Assembly (NCBI GenBank): GCA_964535655.1
Contig: CAZHTP010000002.1
Coordinates: 90,054-154,053, forward strand
DNA from: an uncultured Gammaproteobacteria bacterium
GTDB taxonomy: Bacteria > Patescibacteriota > Microgenomatia > JALYQM01
DNA length: 64,000 nt
Direction: 5' to 3'
A program made the translations under genes and the position numbers. Positions 19,957-29,181 of this stretch are shown here, piece after piece. A model generated the notes under the pieces. It made no database searches. It saw nothing but the letters and a program-made list of their open reading frames with translations, and was not told the DNA's origin. The stretch's first letter is position 1. Each line of letters begins with the position of its first letter.

Positions 19957-21528
19957 TCATGTCCCTGGTGCGCATCCACCCTTACCTGGGCCGAAACTTC
20001 CCGGATTATTATTCTGAACGAGTACTGGAATCTGTAATACACCAGTATCTGTTCCACCGCCTTTATCTACTGAACTTGTAACCATGGCCAGACAGTGCCA
20101 GCCATTCGTATATTGCGTAGTGTCCCAGGTAACACTTCCGCCAAAGGGTCCTGTTCCTTGTTTAAGTACCTTGCCAAAATTATCTGCTGCAAAAAGTGCA
20201 TCTACATTGACGCTATGCGTACCAGTGGCGATACCTCCGGAGCCAGGCTTCATGTTAGTGTTAAAGGTGTAACTTCCTGAAACTGGACCATATGGAATCT
20301 GGCTAAGGAATTGCGCATTTTCATAATTTGTACCAGTAAACCATCCACGAGCTTCAAGGAATGGAGGCGTTCGATACGTTTTTCCATGCCCATGAAACCA
20401 AGCCTGCCATCCAGTTGATGCATTAAGTCGTTGGCCATTCGAAAAATCACTAAAGAAACGAATACGGATTTCCTCATAGCCACTTAAGCTACTGGTTGGC
20501 ACATCGATAGGAACCCACCAGGTACAGGCGGCTTTCAAATCTGTCCCGTCTGAAGTACATTGAAGCGGTGGATTAAAGGATTTCTGAACTAGCGAAGTTC
20601 CACTTGGTCCTTTACCAATATCCAATTTAGAAATTTTTGAATTATTCCCTTTATGAATCATTAGACGCAAATCAAGATGCAATGTTGAACCGTTAAAGTC
20701 CTGATCCTGAGGAAAACAAGTTGCCGTATGTGTATGTCCACCAATTCCTTTTACTGATGTTTGTGTGGGAGTTTTGATTGAAGCAGTATCCATCCACCAT
20801 GCTTGAGTCTCAAGGAAAATACGTTTTTCAGGATAACGTGAGCAGTCGGTAGTATTCCCTCCACCAGAATCAGGGGGTGTAGGAACTGGGGTGCTCGTTG
20901 GCGTCGGAGTATTAGTTGAGTCAGGATTTGGCACAAAAATCACCACGTACATTGAATAGGCATTTCCTGGAATATCGCCAGCTTTTTCCATTTGATACGT
21001 CCCAGCACTTACTTGACGCTTATAAATATCATAAACTCCAATAAGCCCTTGGTCATTTTTGCGCAACAAGTACTGATTTAAATTAGAAAGATCATCGTTA
21101 GTTTGACGAGTATATTGAGTGGTAACCCATCCCGGAGCAAGCGATTGAAAAATATGTCGTGTTGCAATATACAGTGTTCCTGGTTGAGTGAGTGTTACGC
21201 TCCAACGTAAATTAGCATCATCTTTTATTTCAGTATTAGGAGTTTCAATTACGGTTCCTCCCGCCATTGCTGGATCAATACGAAAATATGTATAGCGCGG
21301 ATCACCAGAATACATCGTAGTATTGGTTTGTAAACATTTCTTGTTAAAGGTGAAACTGCCGTAACTCGTTATATTCGAAACATCACCGGGACATGCAGCT
21401 GCTTGAGTGGAATCAGACTTCCTTAAAGATTTAAATCCTGAAGATATAAATACAGCTACACCTATCATAAAGAGTGCAGGAATAATAAGGGACACAGAGT
21501 TAAATATTTTCATTCGACGATTCTTCAT
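19957..21528 (-). CDS. Secreted/membrane-anchored protein with a conserved N-terminal domain, Pro/Thr linker and large Gly/Thr-rich C-terminal domain. Paralog of 43666..44610
   Basis: N-terminal TM/signal segment, PTPTSTPVPTPP linker. The N-terminal ~200 aa align with the 43666..44610 product (e.g. QGLIGVYDIYKRQVSAGTYQM vs QGLIGLYDIYMKNIPAGTVQL). Confidence 0.6.
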   Translation of the reverse strand: MKNRRMKIFNSVSLIIPALFMIGVAVFISSGFKSLRKSDSTQAAACPGDVSNITSYGSFTFNKKCLQTNTTMYSGDPRYTYFRIDPAMAGGTVIETPNTEIKDDANLRWSVTLTQPGTLYIATRHIFQSLAPGWVTTQYTRQTNDDLSNLNQYLLRKNDQGLIGVYDIYKRQVSAGTYQMEKAGDIPGNAYSMYVVIFVPNPDSTNTPTPTSTPVPTPPDSGGGNTTDCSRYPEKRIFLETQAWWMDTASIKTPTQTSVKGIGGHTHTATCFPQDQDFNGSTLHLDLRLMIHKGNNSKISKLDIGKGPSGTSLVQKSFNPPLQCTSDGTDLKAACTWWVPIDVPTSSLSGYEEIRIRFFSDFSNGQRLNASTGWQAWFHGHGKTYRTPPFLEARGWFTGTNYENAQFLSQIPYGPVSGSYTFNTNMKPGSGGIATGTHSVNVDALFAADNFGKVLKQGTGPFGGSVTWDTTQYTNGWHCLAMVTSSVDKGGGTDTGVLQIPVLVQNNNPGSFGPGKGGCAPGT

Positions 21529-21605
21529 AATATATCTATAGTAAATGAGATAACTCACGTTATACAACAGTTAAAATTAATAGCAAAAAGTGATATAAAT
21601 AAAAT

Positions 21606-23180
21606 ATGTCAGAAAATGGAGAATATACAAAAATATCTGATCATATGATCGGAGTGAATGAAGTTGTTGAAAAAGATGCTGTTGATGATTGGAAAAGACA
21701 GCTCCACGGATTATCGTCTACTGCTCTAGTTGAAGAGTTTAATAGTGCCTTTATGTGGACCGATGCCGGGAGAACATTAGATTCCGGAGGTGTTGATCAC
21801 CTGGACTTAACAGAAAACGAACAGCACCGGGTGTTCCTTGCTCTTGAACTTATCAAAGCCGAGATGACAAAACGCGTTGATGCCGAACTTTCCGCAAAAA
21901 ATAAAACAAGGGCGCAGTTACTTAATGATTATTGGGGGCAAGGTAAAATAGATAATGAAGAACGCAGTGCAATACTTAATTATGGTCAAGCTGAGAATGC
22001 TCCGCGCGAACTATTAAACTACATTATCGTTTCTGAATTAGGGCGTGAAGAAGAACAAGCGAACCAAAAGAGTAAGGAAACCACTTATCATGCAAAGTTA
22101 ATAAAAAGCGTAACCAGAATGGCTGCCTCGGTTGTAGGTGGATTAAGCGTAATCGCTGCACTTGGAATGGCAACTACTCCACCAGTTGATCCCAGGATGG
22201 CAAGACAATCTGTAGATACACCAGAAAAATCACCATCGCCAGCTCCAACCGTGATACCAACGGAAGTGTTTACGATTACTTCAACACCCACTCGAACACC
22301 CGAACCAACAAGCGCTCCAAGCCCGACAGGAACCCCAGAACCTACACCTCATGCAATCACAGCAGAACAATATCTTATACAAACTGCCACCGCACTTCCC
22401 CCATCCGAAAGGAATACTTTAGTGCACAGTGAAGTATTTAGCAAAGAACAGATTCACGAGATCAAAAGAAGCAGTTACCAAGTGTTTATCGATAACGGTG
22501 GATGTTCAACAACAGTAATTGACAGGGACCATGAAAATATCACCTTATTGCTTGCTCGACACTGCTTCGTTTTCAGCATGAATAAAGATTTTTACATTCG
22601 AGAAAATCCTACAGTACTCCTTATTAATCCTGAAACTGGCGAGCAGACAAATATTCAAGTTGATGTTGATGGAATAATCTATAAACCAGGAAGATACGCA
22701 AGAGATGTTGCCTTAATCGTAGGAAAACTCGCTAATCCCAAATTTATTGCGCCTCCGTTCCCTAAGTCCAGAATTCTCTCAGACTATGCATTTAGTCCAG
22801 GTCAAGATACGCTTGTGACTGGATACCCTGCAATTTTAAATCAAGCAGGTCCAAGTCAAATTCGTTTTCTAACGGGAGAGGGCAAGTTTACTAAAAATCA
22901 GGACGTTGCTGAGTTGGGGGCCCCGGCTAAAGAAATGCAGTCTTTTATGTTTGAGCAAACACAAGAAATTTATACACCGATGGGTCCAGGTGCTAGTGGC
23001 GGAAGTGATTATGTAGTAATAGATGGAAAAACATATATCGTAGGGGTCAATTCTTATACTAATGTCGCGCTTATCAAGTATGATGGAACAATTCTTGATC
23101 CCATTCATGCCGGAATAAGTAATATTCCAGCCGAGTATTTAAACCAAGCCGAAGCAAAAATGAAGGCATTAAAGAAGTAA
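21606..23180 (+). CDS. Membrane-anchored protein with Pro/Thr linker and a C-terminal trypsin-like (S1-type) serine protease-like domain
   Basis: Internal TM helix at about residues 165-185 and a TPTRTPEPTSAPSPTGTPEPTP linker. Candidate catalytic triad contexts are LLARHCF (His), RDVALI (Asp) and GPGASGGSD (Ser, GDSGG-like). Confidence 0.45.
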   Translation: MSENGEYTKISDHMIGVNEVVEKDAVDDWKRQLHGLSSTALVEEFNSAFMWTDAGRTLDSGGVDHLDLTENEQHRVFLALELIKAEMTKRVDAELSAKNKTRAQLLNDYWGQGKIDNEERSAILNYGQAENAPRELLNYIIVSELGREEEQANQKSKETTYHAKLIKSVTRMAASVVGGLSVIAALGMATTPPVDPRMARQSVDTPEKSPSPAPTVIPTEVFTITSTPTRTPEPTSAPSPTGTPEPTPHAITAEQYLIQTATALPPSERNTLVHSEVFSKEQIHEIKRSSYQVFIDNGGCSTTVIDRDHENITLLLARHCFVFSMNKDFYIRENPTVLLINPETGEQTNIQVDVDGIIYKPGRYARDVALIVGKLANPKFIAPPFPKSRILSDYAFSPGQDTLVTGYPAILNQAGPSQIRFLTGEGKFTKNQDVAELGAPAKEMQSFMFEQTQEIYTPMGPGASGGSDYVVIDGKTYIVGVNSYTNVALIKYDGTILDPIHAGISNIPAEYLNQAEAKMKALKK

Positions 23181-23183
23181 ATT

Positions 23184-23744
23184 TTAATAATTTCCAACAT
23201 TATCAGGAATTCTTAATCCTAGATCATACTCTGTTTCATGGCATGCCACAGGAATTCCGTGGCAATAATTGCGTGAGGTGTCAATACCTTGTACAGCGCT
23301 TCTAAAACCTATGCAAGTGCAAGTGTGGCCTTTAGTACTCATAAATCCACTATCTCCAGACGGCTTTGGAAAAATAAATGCTATGAAGAGCAAGAGAAAA
23401 ATTATTTTATAAAGCCTTTTGCTAAGTTTACCTAATATGATAAACATGAGCGTATTAAATACTATGAATTCGAGCAAAACGTAATTAAGTAATTCTCCAC
23501 CGATAAAAATAGTTAGGGTATAAACAACTATACCCGGTATAAGCGTAGCGAGCCCCTTCTCCAGATATGAATTTTTGATTTTAGGTGTTACAGCACTGAT
23601 GCCGTAAAAAATTACTGATAAAATAAAGATACTTGGCACAATAGCCGGCTCAAGAAGGTTCATAAAAAAAGCATAAAATAGCTTTGAATTATTTTCAAGT
23701 ACAATTGTCAGGTGAAAAACTGAAGTGTATAAAAGTAGGCTCAA
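23184..23744 (-). CDS. Polytopic membrane protein, hypothetical
   Basis: 186 aa with 4-5 hydrophobic helices. Confidence 0.45.
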   Translation of the reverse strand: MSLLLYTSVFHLTIVLENNSKLFYAFFMNLLEPAIVPSIFILSVIFYGISAVTPKIKNSYLEKGLATLIPGIVVYTLTIFIGGELLNYVLLEFIVFNTLMFIILGKLSKRLYKIIFLLLFIAFIFPKPSGDSGFMSTKGHTCTCIGFRSAVQGIDTSRNYCHGIPVACHETEYDLGLRIPDNVGNY

Positions 23745-23838
23745 GTTACCACAGTTTCAACACCTCAGCAATGATATCTTTTTGGTTGAATCTATTGTGA
23801 ATGCAGCTAATCGAGGCTGGGTATCTCTGCCTGCGTAG

Positions 23839-24048
23839 TTAAAAATCAAACAACTCTTTCAACTTCACATCCAACGCATTAGCCAATTTCCAGATCGTGC
23901 GAAGCATCGGTTCTCTATGACCATTTTCAATCTCGTTGACTGAGGTAATATCTATTTTTGCTTTCAGCGATAGGTCAAGTTGTGTCATCTTCTTTTGCTC
24001 TCGTAGTTTTCGCATGCGAGCACCAAAGCGTTCAGTGATTGTAGCCAT
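23839..24048 (-). CDS. XRE-family helix-turn-helix transcriptional regulator
   Basis: 69 aa with a classic HTH_3 pattern (MRKLREQKKMTQLDLSLKAKIDITSVNEIENG). Confidence 0.7.
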   Translation of the reverse strand: MATITERFGARMRKLREQKKMTQLDLSLKAKIDITSVNEIENGHREPMLRTIWKLANALDVKLKELFDF

Positions 24049-24144
24049 AGCACGTTAATACCTCTTGCTGTGACTATGGCACCCATGCCATACTACGTCT
24101 GTGGCAAGGACGCCAAATAGTGAGCTAGGTATGAGCGTGGTTTT

Positions 24145-24696
24145 ATGAAAAGTAAGAAGAAACTATTTCTCGTTTTCGTGTGTGCAACATTGTTCAGCTA
24201 TGCTATTCGTGTGGGTGCAGATATCATCCGACCGTCGTTTAATCTTGCGTCGGACTATTGCTTGTTTGTTGACGTGGTACGCACTGAGTATAACGAAGAG
24301 ATTGGCGAAGAATACGATGTGGAAGAATGTACTGTCTTTAAGAATGATGTCGAACGTCAGAAGTATTATTATAACCGAGCCCTTGCGAGTCAAAATGGAG
24401 GTGGATTGTTTCTTTTGACGATGTTGGGTAGCGGTCTTTTTGGACTTTTGGTTGTACGTCTTTTGTTTCCCACCCAAGAGCGAACAGCGATTATCGGAAG
24501 TCCCTTTTTTGCAGTGGTTGTGATCGGCTCTATAAGTACCGTGGGAGCCTTTATGTTGTCCTATATTCTACCTGCACCCTCAAGCCATCTGCCTTTTATC
24601 GAATACCAGCATCAACGATGGAGTGATGAAATGGAGGTTCAACTTGAACAAAGAGTAGTAACTATTAACGAAGATGGAGTTATTACACGTCAATGA
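24145..24696 (+). CDS. Hypothetical membrane protein
   Basis: Signal/TM at the N-terminus and two further TM helices. 183 aa. Confidence 0.45.
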   Translation: MKSKKKLFLVFVCATLFSYAIRVGADIIRPSFNLASDYCLFVDVVRTEYNEEIGEEYDVEECTVFKNDVERQKYYYNRALASQNGGGLFLLTMLGSGLFGLLVVRLLFPTQERTAIIGSPFFAVVVIGSISTVGAFMLSYILPAPSSHLPFIEYQHQRWSDEMEVQLEQRVVTINEDGVITRQ

Positions 24697-24715
24697 AAAG
24701 GCATAATACAAACTA

Positions 24716-24952
24716 TTGAAAGGAACACTCATGACCAACTATTTGAACATGCGAACCCATCCATTTACTGCCTATACCATTCTGCTAGTGATAGGCTTAG
24801 TTATTGGAGGACTGATTGGCAACATTCTGATCTTAATAGGAACGTTTGGGCTAATAGGTGCCGTGTGGCGAAAGATGCTTCCAAAAAGAAAGCCAGATAT
24901 AATACCGATCCAAAAGACTACTAATAGTCCTAACCCGTCAGATGAAAAGTAG
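24716..24952 (+). CDS. Small hypothetical membrane protein
   Basis: 78 aa, two hydrophobic helices. Confidence 0.3.
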   Translation: MKGTLMTNYLNMRTHPFTAYTILLVIGLVIGGLIGNILILIGTFGLIGAVWRKMLPKRKPDIIPIQKTTNSPNPSDEK

Positions 24953-25166
24953 TCACAAAAAGATACTCCTAATCGTAACCATCCTTACAGTATTGTGCTT
25001 GGTGTACTCCATTCGGGCTGTATACGTAAGTAATATGTGTAAGGAAGAGATATACAAAATGCCTACTGAACAAAGCGAGTATGATGATTTTATAGTTGGT
25101 GCAGACTTTATGCTCACAACATGCTTGAAAGAGCAGTATGTCGTACCGCTTGAGATGTTCAAGTAG
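24942..25166 (+). CDS. Small hypothetical protein with N-terminal TM
   Basis: 74 aa ORF overlapping the previous gene by 11 nt. Confidence 0.25.
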   Translation: MKSSHKKILLIVTILTVLCLVYSIRAVYVSNMCKEEIYKMPTEQSEYDDFIVGADFMLTTCLKEQYVVPLEMFK

Positions 25167-25723
25167 TGGTAACGGAGAGATTATTGGTACAAAATATTGT
25201 GTAACTTTGTCGTCTAGCTGCATGAATGTAGTAGTATATGGGGTGAGCGAGTCGTAAAAATGAATACATTATATATCCAATATAAATAACCTATAGTATT
25301 TTTATTAAAGATGTGCTATACTGCCTTTTGCTCATAGAGTCACTAGGCTCACTTTCTAGCGTAACTGACTTTGTTGAGCGTAAGCTTTTAGAATGAGCTT
25401 AAGTACCTTAACAATAATTTAGTGGGGAAGATTGGGGTTTTGAGCTTGCATAGCCAAATAGACGCTTAAACATCGTCTTAAAGGCAAAGCATATAAGTTC
25501 AAAGCTCCAACAATTCCCTACTATCTAATGTAAGCAATAGAGAGAATAACTTCCACACTAGTTGGGACATTTGAGGTAAAAACTGCCTGTTTCTATCTGA
25601 AATGTCCCGAATAGTGAAAGGAGTGCCATGTAAGATGGTTTTGGAAAGGTAGCATAAATGCTACTCAAGTGACGCAAGTTGCTTGAACGTAATTCTTTAA
25701 CCACCTACTAAGGAGAACTAACC

Positions 25724-26155
25724 ATGCGTAAGTACGCCATCCTGTTCGCTCTGCTGGCCGCCCTGCTCGGGTTCATCAACACCGCCAACGCCGCCCCGGC
25801 TGAGTGCCGCCGCTGGACCTACACGCAGGACGCCGTGGACAACAAGCCCATCGCCACCGGCATCGAGCTGTTCAACCAGCAGTCGATCAGCATGACCTCG
25901 CCTGAGACGGGAGCCGTCCTTCGGTTCCGCAGCCTCAAGCCCTTCAGCGTGAATGGCGGCGAGGCCACCTGGACAGAGATCGCCCCCGGCGTCTTCACCT
26001 GGCAGTACGTCTACTACTTCCCCAAGGGGCACACCTACCGCATGAAGATCACGAACGTCGACGCCCGCGTCATCCCAACCATCCTGCCGGACGGCCCTGG
26101 CCGCGGCATCACCTGGACCAAGTGGTCGGCCCAATGCGGGGACTATCAGCAGTAG
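25724..26155 (+). CDS. Secreted small protein (143 aa, signal peptide, 2 Cys) encoded by a strongly GC-rich (~65% GC, high GC3) gene
   Basis: RBS AAGGAG 8 nt upstream of the ATG. Signal peptide MRKYAILFALLAALLGFINTANA. Codon usage (ctg, gcc, ggc, cgc) is sharply different from the rest of the window. Confidence 0.7.
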   Translation: MRKYAILFALLAALLGFINTANAAPAECRRWTYTQDAVDNKPIATGIELFNQQSISMTSPETGAVLRFRSLKPFSVNGGEATWTEIAPGVFTWQYVYYFPKGHTYRMKITNVDARVIPTILPDGPGRGITWTKWSAQCGDYQQ

Positions 26156-26756
26156 CAACTGCTAAGTCTCCACACTAGCTGACCCTACCTCTCTACTGCT
26201 TACCGCAGACAACGTTTTAAGTTGTGGTCGCCAATTGGCACCATGATTTTAAGATGACGTTTGCGATAAGATAGTAGGGAGGTAGTTATACAGTCAACGA
26301 ATCTGTATCTGATGAAGGCAAAATGAAGCCGAAACTACCAACTCAACTAACGTTAGTTCACGAAAAAAAACAACGGCGAAAAAAGTTAACACACAAACAA
26401 AGCAACCAAACACCACAACCACCCACCAACCCTCTGTTATTTATTCTCAACTAGCTATGTGTTCATGCTATTAATAAAACACAATCGTTTGATCGAGTTT
26501 TCCCCAACATTAACATTCAGACCATACAAAAAAGGCTCCTTTTGTGGAGCCATCTTTTGCGTCTTGGTTGTAAGATCTGTAGTTATAATACAGCCTATTG
26601 TTGCTGTATGTCAAACATGGATGGGCGTGATTTGCATTACATGATGTCTCATAGTTATCATCACAGTATTATTATCATGGTTGATAGGAGACGTGGAATG
26701 TTTTGGTTTAGCGGAAGCACTCTGGAGGAGATCACTGCTGTACACGAATTGGTTGT

Positions 26757-28367
26757 ATGGGTCGATCCCTCAAAGATCGTGCGAGTCTATACATCGCACA
26801 CAAGTACAGTGGATTAGTGGAGTATGAGATCTTATGGTTACTACTCCGTACTCGTTTAGAGCGTGAGCCTGAGCTCTTTGAAGTGGCACTCACCTACATG
26901 ACACTACTCCAAGAGTTTAAAGTTGAGCAAGGCTATCCGGATATTTTTACCAGTGCTCCTTTAATTTATGCGTTCATGACAGGTAATGACACAAGGCAGT
27001 ACAGCAAGTCTGGTAACGAGTTTGTTGCTAGTTTTACACCAGTAGTTAAACTGCTGATAGAGAAACAGGTCTTCCAACGATCTAGTTTGTACTACACTTT
27101 CAACAAGGCAGATAAACCTAATCAAGCACGATCTTTCCGGTTAACACCGAAGTTCTACCAATGGTTTAAGAATGTCTTAAGAAGGGAGATGGAACAGGGT
27201 AAGCTATTGAGCCACATGTTTAGTAAAGTGGCCTCAAAACGCACTACACAAGGCGACGGATGGGGTCACAACATCTCCAGGGTGCATCCACACCTGCAAA
27301 CGATGTATCACAAGTTACAAGCGGCTACGTTTGTGATTGACGTAGAGAAAGTGAACGATCTACTCGACATTACAGAACTTATCCGAGACGATAGTGGAGT
27401 TTTACATTTCTCACGCATGGTCAGTATTCGCCATGGATTATCCACGATTGCACTCACAAATACACCACAGCACCACGACAAGATTCATCTCCAACGATCG
27501 GGCAGACGGCACACGAAAGGTGGCTTACAAGCACTACCAAAAGAAGTCAGACGTGCAATCTTAAAACCCAATCAAGCAGGTCATGTATTGGTTGACTATG
27601 ATCTGGACTGTTGCCAGTTATTGCTTGCAGCGAAAGAACTTCACGCACAAAAGCTTATAGCCAAGATCACTGCTATAGTTGAGCGAGGCAGAGGTATTTG
27701 GAAGGCGATGAATATTCCAGTCTCAAAGACACACTTAAAAAAGGCAGTGTATGCACTGGTGTTTATGTGTCCCAAAGGACGAATCGTTGAATCAGTTAAA
27801 AACGAGATGGGAGATGCTGCGTTTACAACAGAACATCTCGAACAGCTGATCAGCTTCTTGGAAGATTTATACCCGCTGCGAGAGAAATGGAAAGCAAACA
27901 ACCGACAGGATTCGATTATCCGACATGAAGGCGAGAAAAACGAGCTTGGCTTAAAGTTTCATCTTGAAGAGGTTGGTAAACATGCGTTTAGTGGTGATCA
28001 ATATGCTGAATCCTACTTGCCCACCTATCGCAAGAGCCCGCAGAGCCAATACTTTGCGTGGAAGATGCAGAGCCGAGAGCAGTTCATCATTACCAGTCTT
28101 ATATCAACTCATGTCGATTATTTAATAGTCTGTGATTGCCATGATGGATTCCTACTCTCCATTCCAAAAGAGGAGGTGCACACAGCTACACAAGCTTACA
28201 GAACATTTCTCAAAGACAACTATGGCATGTATCTGAAAGGTGAAGTTTGGGAGGATGGGCAAGTTATTCCTGTCGATGAGTATGTAGACAACGATGAACA
28301 ATCGTTTGTTTTGCCAGTACCGACTTTCCAGAGTGTAGTACCTGCTTTTACCGGGGGTGGGGTATAA
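26757..28367 (+). CDS. Hypothetical 536-aa protein on the integrative element, candidate replication/primase-like protein
   Basis: Long ORF of intermediate GC. VLVDYDLD resembles the hhhDhD motif I of archaeo-eukaryotic primase-type primases. No other recognisable signature. Confidence 0.4.
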   Translation: MGRSLKDRASLYIAHKYSGLVEYEILWLLLRTRLEREPELFEVALTYMTLLQEFKVEQGYPDIFTSAPLIYAFMTGNDTRQYSKSGNEFVASFTPVVKLLIEKQVFQRSSLYYTFNKADKPNQARSFRLTPKFYQWFKNVLRREMEQGKLLSHMFSKVASKRTTQGDGWGHNISRVHPHLQTMYHKLQAATFVIDVEKVNDLLDITELIRDDSGVLHFSRMVSIRHGLSTIALTNTPQHHDKIHLQRSGRRHTKGGLQALPKEVRRAILKPNQAGHVLVDYDLDCCQLLLAAKELHAQKLIAKITAIVERGRGIWKAMNIPVSKTHLKKAVYALVFMCPKGRIVESVKNEMGDAAFTTEHLEQLISFLEDLYPLREKWKANNRQDSIIRHEGEKNELGLKFHLEEVGKHAFSGDQYAESYLPTYRKSPQSQYFAWKMQSREQFIITSLISTHVDYLIVCDCHDGFLLSIPKEEVHTATQAYRTFLKDNYGMYLKGEVWEDGQVIPVDEYVDNDEQSFVLPVPTFQSVVPAFTGGGV

Positions 28368-28525
28368 CTTTTTTAGGAGCGGTACCTGTTTTGTGCGAGA
28401 GCGGGTTTGTTGTATATATAATGTCGGCCCCTTTAACCCTTTTTTCTACAGAGGGGGTGTAGGTGCAAGGTTGCCACTGGCCAAACGTCTACTCAATGCT
28501 ATACTATAGTTGAAAGTAGTGACTC

Positions 28526-28720
28526 TTGGGAGGTATGAACCTCTTATTAACCAAGAGCACAAGTAAACAACCTACTATCGCCCAACTTCGTGAACTTCTT
28601 GGGCAAGATTATGCATCACTCCCCGACAGTGATGTTGTAGCTTTGTGGGAACATGTACTCTCCCTCACAGAGGCTTTATACCAAACAGGATTACATCTAT
28701 ATTATAAGAAAGGACAGTGA
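28526..28720 (+). CDS. Small hypothetical protein (64 aa)
   Basis: ORF immediately upstream of, and overlapping, the degenerate resolvase gene. Confidence 0.25.
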   Translation: MGGMNLLLTKSTSKQPTIAQLRELLGQDYASLPDSDVVALWEHVLSLTEALYQTGLHLYYKKGQ

Positions 28721-29157
28721 ATATGAACGCTGTTATTTACACTCGTTGTGCCGTTGAAGATAGTTTAGACATGCAGGAAAAAGCGTGTCGTCAATATGCT
28801 GAGTTGCAAGGCTACCAAGTAGTCAAAACTTATTCTGATAATGGTGTGTCGGGGCTTACATCTAATCGGGTAGGGTTGCAAAACTTATTACAGGAAATCG
28901 ATAAGGGATCAACAGTTATCGCTTACGATGATACTCGGTTGGCAAGATCTGTTGAGGAGATGCACCAGTTGTATAAGATTTTTGTACAGAAAGATGTTGA
29001 TGTTCATTTGGTTAAAGCAGGTTGTTTTCCGAAGAGTCCAACCGACAAATTAGCGTTTTACCTTACCGATTTAGTAAGAAGCTTTGATAACAATATTCGC
29101 TCGGAGAGAATAAAACGTGGTCTGCGAGCTAAGAAAAACAAAGGGCTTACAAACTAG
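28717..29157 (+). CDS. Serine-recombinase catalytic-domain-only paralog with the nucleophilic Ser replaced (YTRCAVED instead of YxRVSTDEQ), probably inactive
   Basis: 146 aa aligning along a resolvase catalytic domain (DDTRLARSVEE ~ DRLGRS; C-terminal E-helix IRSERIKRGLRAKKNKG). There is no DNA-binding domain, and Ser is replaced by Ala at the active-site position. Confidence 0.6.
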   Translation: MNMNAVIYTRCAVEDSLDMQEKACRQYAELQGYQVVKTYSDNGVSGLTSNRVGLQNLLQEIDKGSTVIAYDDTRLARSVEEMHQLYKIFVQKDVDVHLVKAGCFPKSPTDKLAFYLTDLVRSFDNNIRSERIKRGLRAKKNKGLTN

Positions 29158-29181
29158 CTCAAGCCGGGATATAAAATAGGC

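Noticed and set aside
25659-25668. 10-nt match (GCTACTCAAG) to the tRNA-Glu 3' flank as a possible attL
   Set aside because: The match is in inverted, not direct, orientation and only 10 nt, consistent with chance.
25718-26158. 146-aa ORF on the minus strand antisense to the GC-rich gene
   Set aside because: Stop-codon-poor antisense frame is expected in GC-rich DNA. The plus-strand gene has an RBS and signal peptide, and the minus frame translates to low-complexity G/A/D-rich sequence.
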